DNA of 64,000 nt from an uncultured delta proteobacterium (GCA_963815115.1 CAWFFN010000009.1:1792001-1856000), one strand, 5' to 3'. Numbered from the stretch's first letter, positions 19,201-29,651 are shown. Notes: generated by a model from the sequence alone, not told the origin. Made by a program: numbers and translations.

Positions 19201-21695
19201 GCGTGCGATCGGCCCTGTCCGCGGTGGCGCTCCTCGTGCTCGCCACCGCGGCCCGTGCCGCGATCACCGCGCAGGCGACGCTCGATCCTCCGCGCGTGGC
19301 GGTGGGCGAGCCGTCCGATCTCGCCGTCGAGGTCCGCGGCACGCAGAGCGCCACTGCGCCGAAGCTTCCGGCCGTCGACGGTCTCACCTTCCGCTACGTC
19401 GGACCTGCGACGCAGCTCTCCATCGTGAACGGCCAGACGAGCGCCTCGGTCACGCACCACTTCGCCGTCACGGCTCAGCGTGAGGGCACGTTCACGATCG
19501 GTCCGATCACCGTGCAGGCGGACGGGCAGAGCGTGCAGACCGGGAACGTCGTCCTGCAGGTGGCGGCGCGTGCCGGCGCCGGCGCGGCGCCGGCCGGGAG
19601 CGATCCCCTGATCCTCGATCTGCGAGCGTCCCGCACCACCGTGTACCTCCACGAGCGCCTGCCCTTCACCCTGGCGCTGCGCATCGACGACGTGCGCGTC
19701 GCCGACATGCAGTATCCCCAGGTCCCCGGCGACGGCTTCTCCGTCGAGGCCTTTCCCCAGCCATCGCAGCGGCAGGAGACGCGCAACGGCGCCGCCATCC
19801 AGGTGGTCGAGTTCCAGGGCGCCCTGACGCCGCTGCGCGCCGGCTCCGTGAGCGTGGGGCCGGCGACCGTCTCCGTGACCACGCTGAGCGAGCGGGCCGC
19901 CGGGCGGCACGGCTTCTTCTTCGGCGGCCCGGTGCGTCAGGTCCGGGAGGTCGCGAGTCAGCCGCTCGTCCTGGACGTGCTCCCGCTTCCCGAGAACGGA
20001 AAGCCGGCGGACTTCTCGGGCGCCGTCGGTCGCTTCACGCTCGACTCGAAGGCGGCCCCGCTCCAGCTCGCGGCGGGCGATCCGGTCACGCTCACCTACT
20101 CGCTTCGGGGTGAGGGCGACCTCTCGTCCGCGGCTCCGCCGGCGCTGGTCGGCAGCGATGCGCTGCGCGTCTACCCCGTGCAGAGCGTGGCGACCCCGGC
20201 GGGCAGTCCCGCGGGAACCCGCATCTTCGAGCAGGTGGTGATCCCGCAACGGCCCGGCACCGTGCGCCTCCCGGCTCCGCGCTTCAGCTTCTTCGATCCC
20301 GAGGCGCGCGCCTATCGCGTCGCCGCCGCGCAGCCGATCACGCTCACCGTGCGCGCCGCACCCGCCGGAGCGACGACGCCCCAGATCGTCGGAGCGCCGG
20401 GCTCCCGGGCGACCAGGCCCGCGGAGCCGGTCGGCCGCGACATCGTGTTCATCAAGGACACGCCGGGCGCGCTCGCGCCGCCCGGCGCTCACCGCTGGCG
20501 CAGCCCGGCCTTCTGGGCGCTGCAGATGCTCCCGGTCCTCGTCTGGCTCGGCGCCATGCTGATCGACCGGCGCCGGCGGCGGCTCGGGACCGACGTGCGC
20601 TACGCGCGCTTCACGCAGGCGGGGCGAGCGGTGCGCGCGGCGCTGGGCGAGGCGCGCGCCGCCCTCGCGACGGGAAACGCGGCGGTCTTCTACGACCGGG
20701 TGGCGCGCGCTCTCGGCGACTACCTGGCCGCCAAGCTCGATCTGCCGCCCGGCGGTGTGACGCCGGACGAGATGAGCGCTCGCTTGCAGGGCGCGCGGCT
20801 TCCCGACGGCGTCGCCGACGAGCTGCGCGCCTTCCTCGCGAGTTGCGAGGAGGTTCGCTTCGCGCCCTCGGCGGCGGGTGACGGGGACATGCGGCGCACG
20901 CTGGCCCGGGCCGAGTCGCTGGTGCGTGCGCTCGAGCGCTCGCGCCGCTTCGGACGGGCGGCAGCTGCCGTCCTCGTCCTGCTGGTCGCGGCCGCCGCCG
21001 GGGCGGCCGAGAACCCCCAGGCCATCTTCTTCAAGGGCAACGGGCTGTACGCCGACGGCCGCTACGCCGAGGCGGCGGCGGAGTACGAGCGTATGCTGGG
21101 GACGGGGGTCGCGAGCGCGAACGCCTACTTCAACCTCGGCAACGCCTACCTGAAGGCCGGTGATGCGGGCCGCGCCGTGCTCGCGTACGAGCGGGCCCGG
21201 CGCCTCGCGCCCGGCGACCCCGACGTGCGTGCGAACCTGGCGTTCGCGCGCGCGGACGACGCAAGCGGGGACGAGCCGCCGCGCTGGACGCGGGTCGCGT
21301 TCCCCCTGGCCGCGGTCTGGTCGAGCGACACGCTGGTCGCCGTCGCCGCCGCGGCGTGGTGGCTGCTCTTCCTGGTGCTCGCCGTGCGCCAGCTGCTTGC
21401 GGCGGCGCGCCGGCCGGCGGGGTGGGCCGCCCTCGCCGCGGGCGTCGTCCTTGCCGTCGCGGGTGCGTCGGCGGCGTACCGGCTCTACACCCTCGATCTC
21501 CGCCGCATGGCGGCGGTCGTGGCACCAGCCACGGTCGCGGTGCGCTTCGAGCCGACGGCGAACGGGACGGTGCACTTCCGGGCCAAGTCGGGGACCACCC
21601 TGCGCCTGCTCGGCGAGCGCGAGGGCTGGGTGCAGGTGGCGCGTCCGGACGGTCTGCGCGGCTGGGTCGAGCGCGACGCGGTCGGTGAGCTGTAG
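19197..21695 (+). CDS. BatD-BatE fusion: BatD + TPR + SH3-like domain
   Basis: FSGAVGRF, FSFFDP, YFNLGNAYLKAG, C-terminal REGWVQVARPDGLRGWV. Confidence 0.9.
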   Translation: MSVRSALSAVALLVLATAARAAITAQATLDPPRVAVGEPSDLAVEVRGTQSATAPKLPAVDGLTFRYVGPATQLSIVNGQTSASVTHHFAVTAQREGTFTIGPITVQADGQSVQTGNVVLQVAARAGAGAAPAGSDPLILDLRASRTTVYLHERLPFTLALRIDDVRVADMQYPQVPGDGFSVEAFPQPSQRQETRNGAAIQVVEFQGALTPLRAGSVSVGPATVSVTTLSERAAGRHGFFFGGPVRQVREVASQPLVLDVLPLPENGKPADFSGAVGRFTLDSKAAPLQLAAGDPVTLTYSLRGEGDLSSAAPPALVGSDALRVYPVQSVATPAGSPAGTRIFEQVVIPQRPGTVRLPAPRFSFFDPEARAYRVAAAQPITLTVRAAPAGATTPQIVGAPGSRATRPAEPVGRDIVFIKDTPGALAPPGAHRWRSPAFWALQMLPVLVWLGAMLIDRRRRRLGTDVRYARFTQAGRAVRAALGEARAALATGNAAVFYDRVARALGDYLAAKLDLPPGGVTPDEMSARLQGARLPDGVADELRAFLASCEEVRFAPSAAGDGDMRRTLARAESLVRALERSRRFGRAAAAVLVLLVAAAAGAAENPQAIFFKGNGLYADGRYAEAAAEYERMLGTGVASANAYFNLGNAYLKAGDAGRAVLAYERARRLAPGDPDVRANLAFARADDASGDEPPRWTRVAFPLAAVWSSDTLVAVAAAAWWLLFLVLAVRQLLAAARRPAGWAALAAGVVLAVAGASAAYRLYTLDLRRMAAVVAPATVAVRFEPTANGTVHFRAKSGTTLRLLGEREGWVQVARPDGLRGWVERDAVGEL

Positions 21696-21749
21696 AGCGG
21701 CAGCGGACGGCTCGTGACCTCGCGCCGGCGACGTGCTACCGGAGCCCGC

Positions 21750-21992
21750 ATGGCGAAGACGCGATCCTCACGGGCGAAGACCCGCGCGACCACCAAGCGA
21801 CGCTCCACGACCAGGCCGAAGGCGAAGGCGCGCTCGAAGCCGAAGACGAAGGCCAGGGCGAAGACCAGGACGAAGAGCAAGGCGAGGACGAAGCCCGCCA
21901 AGGCGGCCAGCACACCCAAGAGCACGGCCGCGACGTCGGCCGCGCCGGTGTGGCCCGGTCTTCCGCCCGGCTACTTCGACCGCGCCCGGTGA
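21750..21992 (+). CDS. Small Lys/Arg-rich histone H1-like protein
   Basis: 80 aa with K/R/T/A repeats and a C-terminal VWPGLPPGYFDR. Confidence 0.7.
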   Translation: MAKTRSSRAKTRATTKRRSTTRPKAKARSKPKTKARAKTRTKSKARTKPAKAASTPKSTAATSAAPVWPGLPPGYFDRAR

Positions 21993-22011
21993 ACCTGCGG
22001 ACGGCGCTCTC

Positions 22012-22311
22012 CTAGCGCCCGCGGCACTCGGCGGTCGCGTCCACCAGCTCCTTCGGCACCTCGCGGTGGGCGATGCGGTTCTCGAAGGCGAGGTACTCGT
22101 CGAGCGAGAACTTGCGCTGGACGCGGTCGATGGCGCAGCGGCAGACCGACTCCTCGGCGTTGGTCTTGCACGCGGCCACGAAGGCCTCCACGATCTCCGG
22201 AGGGTAGGGGTTCGGGGGGGCGCTGCCCCCGCACGCGATCAGCGGGACCATCGCCAGGGCCGTGGCCCACGTGAGCACCCACCGCCCCAGCCTGGCCCGA
22301 CCCCGGCGCAT
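22012..22311 (-). CDS. Small Cys-containing lipoprotein
   Basis: Lipobox LIAC; AACK...CRCA...AECR. Confidence 0.75.
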   Translation of the reverse strand: MRRGRARLGRWVLTWATALAMVPLIACGGSAPPNPYPPEIVEAFVAACKTNAEESVCRCAIDRVQRKFSLDEYLAFENRIAHREVPKELVDATAECRGR

Positions 22312-22420
22312 CGCGCCGCAGCTAATTACAGATCCGGTGCGCGCGGGCCAGCGTGGCTGCACGACGGCTGGTCCGAATGGACGATGGACGGCCGGCGGGG
22401 CACTCGTGCTAGAGAACCGC

Positions 22421-23392
22421 ATGCGGTACGTGCAGCTCGGTCGCGCCGGAGTCCAGGTGAGCCGGCTCTGCCTCGGCACCATGAACTTCGGCCCTCTCAC
22501 CAGCGAGGCCGATAGCGGCGCGATCATGGACCAGGCGCTCGAGCTCGGCATCAACTTCTTCGACACGGCGAACGTCTACGGCTGGAAGACCGGCGAGGGA
22601 GTCACCGAGCAGATCGTCGGCCGCTGGCTGGCGCAGGGCGGCGGACGCCGCGACCGCATCGTGCTGGCGACCAAGGTCTACGGGCGGATGGGCAAGGGCC
22701 CCAACGATACCCGCCTGTCCGCGCTGCACATCCGCCGCGCCTGCGACGAGAGCCTGCGCCGCCTCCAGACCGACCACATCGATCTCTACCAGATGCACCA
22801 CGTCGACCGGGACACGCCGTGGGAGGAGATCTGGCAGGCGATCGAGGTGCTCGTGGCGCAGGGCAAGGTGCTCTACGTCGGGAGCAGCAACTTTGCCGGC
22901 TGGCACATCGCGCAGGCGAACGCCGCCGCCGCCACGCGCCATTTCCTCGGGCTCGTGTCGGAGCAGAGCCTGTACAACCTCACCGCCCGCACCATCGAGC
23001 TCGAGGTGATCCCGTCGTGCCGCGCGCACGGGCTCGGGTTGATCCCGTGGAGCCCGCTCGCGGGCGGGCTCCTCGGCGGCGCGCTCGGCAAGCTCGCCGA
23101 GGGCCGGCGTGCCTCGGATCGCCAGAAGGAGGCGATCGAGCGACACCACGCGACGCTCGAGGCGTACGAGGGCCTCTGTCGCGAGCTCGGCGAATCGCCG
23201 GCCGACGTCGCCCTCGCCTGGCTGCTCCACCGCAGAGAGGTGACCGCGCCCATCATCGGGCCGCGCACCATGGACCAGCTCACCGGCAGCCTGCGCGCCC
23301 TCGAGCTGACCCTGGCCGCGGAGACCCTCGAGCGCCTCGATCGCATCTGGCCCGGCCCCGGCGGCGAGGCGCCGGAGGCGTACGCCTGGTAG
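22421..23392 (+). CDS. Aldo/keto reductase
   Basis: LCLGTMNFG, FFDTANVYG, LATK, IDLYQMH, WSPLAGG. Confidence 0.95.
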   Translation: MRYVQLGRAGVQVSRLCLGTMNFGPLTSEADSGAIMDQALELGINFFDTANVYGWKTGEGVTEQIVGRWLAQGGGRRDRIVLATKVYGRMGKGPNDTRLSALHIRRACDESLRRLQTDHIDLYQMHHVDRDTPWEEIWQAIEVLVAQGKVLYVGSSNFAGWHIAQANAAAATRHFLGLVSEQSLYNLTARTIELEVIPSCRAHGLGLIPWSPLAGGLLGGALGKLAEGRRASDRQKEAIERHHATLEAYEGLCRELGESPADVALAWLLHRREVTAPIIGPRTMDQLTGSLRALELTLAAETLERLDRIWPGPGGEAPEAYAW

Positions 23393-23405
23393 GAGAGCCG
23401 CCGCG

Positions 23406-24380
23406 ATGACGATGCTCGGCCTGCGCTACGACCTGCGGGCGCCCGCGTTCGCGGGCGTCACCCATGCCGAGCTGTACGCGGCGTGCCTCGAGCAGTGCGC
23501 CTGGGCGGAGGTCCGTGGCTTCGACGTGGTCGCGCTGTCCGAGCACCACGGCGTCGACGACGGCTACATGTCGGCGCCCATCACGCTCGCCGCGGCGATC
23601 GCGGGGCGCACCCGGCGCCTGCAGATCAACATCGCCGCCGTCCTCGTCCCGCTCCACGATCCGGTGCGGCTGGCCGAGCAGCTCGCGGTCGTGCAGCTGG
23701 TCAGCGGCGGACGCCTGTCTCTCGTCGCCGGCATGGGCTACCGGGACGAGGAATTCGCGATGGCGGGCGTCGAGCGCCGGCAGCGCGGTCGCCTGCTCGA
23801 TGAGTACGTGCACGTGCTGCGACAGGCGTGGACGGGGGAGCCCTTCGAATGGCGCGGGCGCACCGTGCGGGCGACGCCGGCGCCGCCGTCTCCCCCCCTG
23901 GTGCTGATCGGCGGCTCGACGGAGAAGGCGGCGCGGCGCGCCGCCCGCCTGCGCGCCGGCTTCTTTCCCGCGATCGCCGATGCGGCGCTGGCCGCCGCAT
24001 ACGAGGAGGAGTGCGCGCGCCACGGATTCACCGGCTTCGTCGTCATGCCCGGAGGGCCGGGGTTCGTGCACGTCACCGAGAATCCCGAGCGCGACTGGGC
24101 GCGCATCGCTCCGCACGCGCTCTACGACGCCCAGACCTATGCCGCCTGGCAGCCGGCCGGGCAGCGCTCACAGGTCCACGTGGCGGCCACGACGCTCGAC
24201 GAGCTGCGGCGGAGCGGGGTCTACCGGGTGGTCACGCCGGACGAGTGCGTGGCGCTCGCCGAGGAATACGGCCGCGTCCTCCTGCACCCCCTGATGGGCG
24301 GCCTGTCGCCGGCGCTCGGCTGGGCGAGTCTCGAGTTGTTCGAACGCGCGGTGCTCCCGCGCTTGCGGAAGGCCGCGTGA
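23406..24380 (+). CDS. LLM-class flavin-dependent oxidoreductase
   Basis: LSEHH, PLHDPVRLAEQ, SGGRL, GYRDEEF. Confidence 0.92.
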   Translation: MTMLGLRYDLRAPAFAGVTHAELYAACLEQCAWAEVRGFDVVALSEHHGVDDGYMSAPITLAAAIAGRTRRLQINIAAVLVPLHDPVRLAEQLAVVQLVSGGRLSLVAGMGYRDEEFAMAGVERRQRGRLLDEYVHVLRQAWTGEPFEWRGRTVRATPAPPSPPLVLIGGSTEKAARRAARLRAGFFPAIADAALAAAYEEECARHGFTGFVVMPGGPGFVHVTENPERDWARIAPHALYDAQTYAAWQPAGQRSQVHVAATTLDELRRSGVYRVVTPDECVALAEEYGRVLLHPLMGGLSPALGWASLELFERAVLPRLRKAA

Positions 24381-24452
24381 GACGAGGTTGGCACGTCAGA
24401 TCGGGTGATCGCGCCGCATGAGGCGATTGCGCGGTCGCCTGCGGGGGACAGC

Positions 24453-24614
24453 ATGGCAACACAGCGGCAAACGAAAGGATGGTTCGGACGCGTCGCGGAC
24501 GAGCTCTACGTCGTCTCGCTGGTGGCCGCGGGAGCAATCGGCCTGGCGGCTGCGGTCGCGCTCTTGTTCCAGTTCGCGCTCCAGTTCACCCACTGGGCCG
24601 AGCAGCTCGACTAG
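24453..24614 (+). CDS. Small single-pass membrane protein
   Basis: GGGGA RBS; 53 aa with one long hydrophobic helix. Confidence 0.55.
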   Translation: MATQRQTKGWFGRVADELYVVSLVAAGAIGLAAAVALLFQFALQFTHWAEQLD

Positions 24615-24619
24615 GCGCG

Positions 24620-24758
24620 CGACCCGAGACTTCGCCTCGGGTCGGCACGTGCCACGTTTGCCGCGCCGGCTTCGCCGGCCGCGGCACGGCGCTCGCACGA
24701 CTCACCGAACGCCGCACGCTCGCCTCCGCTTTCGACCCCGAGACGGAGTCTCGGGTCG
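24620..24758. repeat. REP-like palindrome doublet
   Basis: CGACCCGAGAC-TTC-GCCTCGGGTCG (24620-24644) and CGACCCCGAGAC-GGA-GTCTCGGGTCG (24733-24758) between convergent genes. Confidence 0.8.
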
Positions 24759-24765
24759 CGTCCGA

Positions 24766-26775
24766 TCAGGCGCTGAGGCGCGCCTCGTCGCGCGCGCGCG
24801 GGAGAGCCACCGAGAAGGTGCTGCCGCGCCCGGGCGCGCTCTCGACGCCGAGCTCGCCACCGAGCTGGTCGACCAGCCGGCGTACGATGTAGAGCCCGAG
24901 GCCGACCCCGCTGAACGATCGCCGGTCCGACCCGTCCGCCTGGCGGAACATGTCGAAGATGACGGGGATGTGCTCGGGCGCGATCCCGACGCCGGTGTCC
25001 TCGACCTCGAAGGTGCAGCGCCGCGGCTCCGCCACGTAGCGCACCGTCACCGAGCCGCCGGGTGTGAACTTGATGGCGTTGGCGACGAGGTTCTTCAGGA
25101 TCATGCGGAGCTTCCGGCGGTCGGTCAGCAAGGCCAGCTCGTCGCCGGGCACCCAGCGCAGCTCGAGGCCGGCAGGCCGCGGCAGTGCCGCGAAGTCGAC
25201 GGCGAGATCGAGGAAGAAGTCGCGCAGGGCGACGGGCTCCAGGCGCGGGGGATCCTGGCCGGCTTCGAGACGGTTCAGGTTCAGCGTCGCGTCGATCAGC
25301 TCGAGCAGTTCGACGCCCGTGCGGCGGATCGTCGTCAGAAGCGAGCCGCGCTGTGCCGCCTGCGAGTCGTCGCCCAGCATCTCGGCATACCCGAGCATCA
25401 CGCCGAGCGGCGTGCGCAGCTCGTGGGAGATCGTCGACACGAACTCGAGCTTGAGACGCGTCGCCGTCTCCAGCTCCTCCACCAGGCGCGCGTTCTCGAA
25501 GGCGAGGGAGGCGAACTGGGCAATCCCGAACGCGACGCGCTCCTGGACCGGCGTGAAGGCCTCGGCCCGGCCGCGGAAGCCCGCGCTGAGCAGGCCGAGG
25601 GTTTCCCCGCCGTGCCGCAGCGGCACCAGCAGGCACGCCGTCAGCCCGTAGCGGCGGAGGAGCGCGGCGGTGACCTTCTCCGTCCGATCGGTGGCGAGGA
25701 ACTGCACCACCGGCGCCGCCTGCAAGCGTCCGAGCATCGGGGCCACCGCCTCCGCCGGGTAACGCTGGGTGCGCAGCGCCGCCCAGGTGTCCGCCGGGTA
25801 GCCGTGCGAGGTGAGCGGGACGTAGACGTCGTCCTGGGCGTCGCGCAGGATGGTGAGGCTGCAGTCGCAGCCGAGCAGCTCGGTCGTGAGCTGGCAGAGA
25901 CGCTCGAGGATGTCGGGCTTGTCGAGCGACGAGATGAGGCCCTGTCCCACGCGCACCAGTGCGCTCGCCACCTCGGATTCCTCTTCGAGGCGCCGCCGCG
26001 AGGCGGCGAGGGCGTCCTCGGTGCGCGACCGGATGATGGCGACGCGGGCGACGTGGGTCGCCGTCTGGAGGAGTCGCCACTCGCGCGGTCCGGGCCGCCG
26101 GCGCTCGCGGTAGTACATGGCGAAGGTGCCGAGACACTCGCCGCCGGGCGTGAGGATGGGCGCGGACCAGCAGGCGAGCAGGCCGTGATCCTGGGCGATC
26201 TGGCGATACTCCTTCCAGCGCGGGTCGGCGGCGATGTCGCGTACCACCACCGGCCGGCGGTGGTAGGCGGCCGTGCCGCACGATCCCACCGAGGGGCCGA
26301 TGACGATGCCGTCGGTCGCGCGGCGGTAGGTCGCCGCGAGCGAGGGAGCGGCCCCGTCGCGCAGGCGATCGCCCTCGAGGAGCAGCACGGAGCACAGCAG
26401 CCCCGGGACCTGTCCCTCGATCAGCCGGCAGAGCGCGTCGAGCACCTCGCCGAGCGAGGCCCCGGTGGCCACCATCTCGAGGAGGTGCGTCTGCCCCGCC
26501 AGCATTGACGCCAGCCGGGCCGCCTCCGCCCGCCGCCGGGCATACGCGCGCACGATGGCGACCACGCCGCACGCGAGCAGGGCCCCCGCCAGCCACGGCC
26601 GCCCCGTCCAGGCCCCGCCGAGCGCGACGGCCGTCAGGACGAGACCGACGATCAGACCGGCGCTGGTCGCGTGCCGCTCGCCGGTAGCCGTCCCCCCTTC
26701 GCGGCGAGCGACGCGATGCGCCCCCCCGGGAGGTCGAGTGCCGCGATCTCGGAACGGAGCCGGAGCCAAGTCCAT
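24766..26775 (-). CDS. GAF-domain sensor histidine kinase
   Basis: 2 TM helices, two GAF-like domains, SHELRTPL, NLVANAIKFT, DTGVGI, GVGLGL; start uncertain. Confidence 0.93.
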   Translation of the reverse strand: MDLAPAPFRDRGTRPPGGAHRVARREGGTATGERHATSAGLIVGLVLTAVALGGAWTGRPWLAGALLACGVVAIVRAYARRRAEAARLASMLAGQTHLLEMVATGASLGEVLDALCRLIEGQVPGLLCSVLLLEGDRLRDGAAPSLAATYRRATDGIVIGPSVGSCGTAAYHRRPVVVRDIAADPRWKEYRQIAQDHGLLACWSAPILTPGGECLGTFAMYYRERRRPGPREWRLLQTATHVARVAIIRSRTEDALAASRRRLEEESEVASALVRVGQGLISSLDKPDILERLCQLTTELLGCDCSLTILRDAQDDVYVPLTSHGYPADTWAALRTQRYPAEAVAPMLGRLQAAPVVQFLATDRTEKVTAALLRRYGLTACLLVPLRHGGETLGLLSAGFRGRAEAFTPVQERVAFGIAQFASLAFENARLVEELETATRLKLEFVSTISHELRTPLGVMLGYAEMLGDDSQAAQRGSLLTTIRRTGVELLELIDATLNLNRLEAGQDPPRLEPVALRDFFLDLAVDFAALPRPAGLELRWVPGDELALLTDRRKLRMILKNLVANAIKFTPGGSVTVRYVAEPRRCTFEVEDTGVGIAPEHIPVIFDMFRQADGSDRRSFSGVGLGLYIVRRLVDQLGGELGVESAPGRGSTFSVALPRARDEARLSA

Positions 26776-26825
26776 GCAAACCTAGCGCACGATCCGGCCT
26801 CACGGGAAGCCCCTGGATGGAGCCC

Positions 26826-29651
26826 TCAGGAGGCGGGAATCTGCACCGGCGCCCGAGCCGCCGGGTAGGCGTCCACCATGAGATAGGCCCGGACGGCGTC
26901 GGGGACCTGCTCGCGGGCGAAGGGGATGCGCACGGTGGCGGCCGTGCCGTCGCCGGCCGTCGTGCGCGCCGTCGTGAAGCCGTAGTCCAGCGAGATCGGG
27001 TGGCCGCTCGCCGCGTCGACCAGGAGCAGCGCGAGGCTGTGCTCCTCGGGACGCAGCGACGAGCCGGCGAGCGTCGCCGTGATGCCGCTCGCATCCGCGG
27101 CGAACGTCACGGAACCGATCCCCGCCGGCGCTTGCTGCACGCCCTGGCCCACGGGCGCGAGCTCGAGGCCGCCGAATGCCGTCAGGAGGTCGGTGTCCGG
27201 ATTGCAGAAGCCGAGCTGGCGGAAGAACTGGCCGTAGAACGTGATCCCCGAGCACGGCGTGAGGACGTTGAGCGCGGGGCTGTCGAGCGCCCGGCCCGCG
27301 GCGTCGAGCCGCCCGGCAAGCCGGAAGAAGTCGAACGGGATTCGGATGCGGTTGAACTCGATCGCGAAGCCGCCCTGGTTGGTGAAGGTGGCGAGGCCGC
27401 CGTCGAAGCGGACCTCGAGCGGAAAGAGCACGCGCGTCTCGGGGTCGACCTCGGTGCGGTTCTCGTCTTCGGCGAGTCGCGCGCCGACCACCCAGGCGAT
27501 CGCCTGCCCGTCGGCCGTGCTCTCGACGAGCCCCATCAGGTAGTGGATCGAGTCGAAGCCGATCTGGTTGTAGCTCGGCAGGATGGTGGGAAGCGGGGCG
27601 GCCACGCGCGACAGCTCCCAGATTCCCGCCGGATCGCCGGGCGCGGACGGCACCGGCAGGGGCAGCGTGCCGCCGCTTTGCGCAGGGCGCACGCGCAGGT
27701 CGAGATGCGTGGCGAACGTCCCGCCGACGGAGCCGCCCGAGAAGCGCAGGCCGGCGCGATCGGGATTCACCAGGTAGTCGCCTTCGACGTCGACGTGGAG
27801 CGGCGCGCCGGCCGCACCCGCGAGCCGGTCGAGCGGGATGATGGTGAGGAACTTCCGGTCACCCGAGACCTCCGTGCGCACCGGCGCGGGCGGATCGAGG
27901 GTGACGCGGACGCTCGCCGTGTCGATGAGGGCGAGCTGGGTGTCGCCGTCGCGGCGCACGAAGAGCGAGAACGTGAGCGGCTGATTGGCCTCGATCTCGG
28001 CGGGCGGCGTGGCGAGCTTGCGGCCGAACTGCGTCGTCCAGGCCAGCTCGGCGCCGCTCCGCGGAAGGTCCTCGCCGGGTCCGCGCCGGCAACGCGCGTC
28101 CGACGCGGCTTCCGCGCGCAGGCACCAGTCGTACGGCACGCTGAAGATCTCGCCGCTCTCGCCGGCCAGGACGACGGCATCCGGACCGAGGGCGGGCGAG
28201 GCGTTGAGGTCGTCCCGCGGCCCGTCGATGAGCAGCATCGACCAGCGCAGCGTGCCATCGGGATTGAGCACGAAGAGGCGACCCTCGCCCGAGCCCACGT
28301 AGATGGTGCCGTCGCCGTCGATCGCGGGTGACGACCGGATGGCGTCGCGCGTGTCGAACTGCCAGCGCAGCGCCCCCGTGCCCGGGTCGAGCCCGTACAC
28401 GGTGCCGTCGGCCGAGGGCTGCACGATGGTGCCGTCGGGGAGCTCGCCCGGGCTGGCGTAGATGTGATCGCGCGCGCCGAAGCTCCAGCACGGCACGCCG
28501 CTCGCGGCATCGTAGCAGCGCAGGAAGCCGTCGAAGCCGCCCACCAGGACCTTGCCGTCGGCGGTCAGGAGCGGGCTGGCGGCGACGCTGCCGTCGACGG
28601 TCGCCTTCCAGGCGGCCTCGCCGCTCGTGGCGTCGAGCGCGAACGTGTTGGGCGCGAACAGCTGGACGTTGTTGCCGAGGAAGAGACGCCCGCTGCTCGT
28701 GTCGAGCGCCGGGAGCGACCAGGTCTGATCGCTGGTCCGGAAGCGCCAGCGGACGGCCATGGTGTCGCGGTCGATGGCGTAGGTGAAGAAGTTGTCGTTC
28801 GGCGCGTAGAGCGTGCCGTCCGTGCCCATCGCCACGTTACCCTCGAACCAGTTGATGAACGCGCCGGCGGTTGCGGGCGGATCCGCCGTGAACGTCCACA
28901 CCTCGGCCCCGCTCGCGGCGTCGCGGGCGTAGAGCCGCCCATCGCCGGAGCCGAAGTACACCCGTCCGCGGTCGTCGAGCAGGGCGGAAGAGTCGATGAT
29001 CTCGCCGGTGAGCAGCTGCCAGCGCACCTGGCCCGCCGCCGACAGGGCGTAGAAGGTGCGGTCGGCGGAGCCGACGAAGACGTTGCCGTCGCCGTCGACG
29101 ACGGGGGTGCTGAAGATGCCCTTCCCGGTCCGGAACGACCAGAGATTGCCGCCGCTCATGCCGGGCCGCAGAAGGCTCAGCCCGTTCTGGGCTGGCGTGC
29201 GGCGGAACTTGGGCCAGGGGCTGCGCGGGTCGAGCGGCACGTCGTACGGGCTCCGTGTCGCAGCGATCCGGCGGGTGCGCGGCCGGCCTCGCAGGCGCAG
29301 CCGGCCGTGCACCGCCTCGCAGGTGGGGGCCGCGAGGCGGGCGTCGAGGCGGACGCGACCGCTCACCCCGGAGCAGGCCGGCCAGGCCGCGCGCAGCCGG
29401 GTCGCCTTGCGGGTCGCCCGCATGCGGGCCGCGACCGGCGGGCAGATGGGATCGATCGCGACTTTGCCGTTCGCCAGCACGAGGATCTTCGGCACGTTCA
29501 CCGTGCCCACCGTCTGGCCGCCGGTGAGTGCGAAGCGACCGTCCGGGCAGGGTGCCGGTCGTGGCCGGCGCGCGAGCGCGGGCGTGGCGAGGGCCAACGC
29601 GAGCACCGACGCCGCGAGGCCGGAGCAGGCGCGCCGGTTGCCGGAGGACAT
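26826..29651 (-). CDS. Secreted PQQ-type beta-propeller repeat protein
   Basis: Signal peptide ALA; repeated SSPAI..DG..YVGS...LYAL...G..RW units. Confidence 0.88.
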   Translation of the reverse strand: MSSGNRRACSGLAASVLALALATPALARRPRPAPCPDGRFALTGGQTVGTVNVPKILVLANGKVAIDPICPPVAARMRATRKATRLRAAWPACSGVSGRVRLDARLAAPTCEAVHGRLRLRGRPRTRRIAATRSPYDVPLDPRSPWPKFRRTPAQNGLSLLRPGMSGGNLWSFRTGKGIFSTPVVDGDGNVFVGSADRTFYALSAAGQVRWQLLTGEIIDSSALLDDRGRVYFGSGDGRLYARDAASGAEVWTFTADPPATAGAFINWFEGNVAMGTDGTLYAPNDNFFTYAIDRDTMAVRWRFRTSDQTWSLPALDTSSGRLFLGNNVQLFAPNTFALDATSGEAAWKATVDGSVAASPLLTADGKVLVGGFDGFLRCYDAASGVPCWSFGARDHIYASPGELPDGTIVQPSADGTVYGLDPGTGALRWQFDTRDAIRSSPAIDGDGTIYVGSGEGRLFVLNPDGTLRWSMLLIDGPRDDLNASPALGPDAVVLAGESGEIFSVPYDWCLRAEAASDARCRRGPGEDLPRSGAELAWTTQFGRKLATPPAEIEANQPLTFSLFVRRDGDTQLALIDTASVRVTLDPPAPVRTEVSGDRKFLTIIPLDRLAGAAGAPLHVDVEGDYLVNPDRAGLRFSGGSVGGTFATHLDLRVRPAQSGGTLPLPVPSAPGDPAGIWELSRVAAPLPTILPSYNQIGFDSIHYLMGLVESTADGQAIAWVVGARLAEDENRTEVDPETRVLFPLEVRFDGGLATFTNQGGFAIEFNRIRIPFDFFRLAGRLDAAGRALDSPALNVLTPCSGITFYGQFFRQLGFCNPDTDLLTAFGGLELAPVGQGVQQAPAGIGSVTFAADASGITATLAGSSLRPEEHSLALLLVDAASGHPISLDYGFTTARTTAGDGTAATVRIPFAREQVPDAVRAYLMVDAYPAARAPVQIPAS

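Noticed and set aside
24620-24758. Palindromic repeats as a mini-CRISPR
   Set aside because: Only two copies per locus, in inverted orientation, with long spacing and no cas genes.
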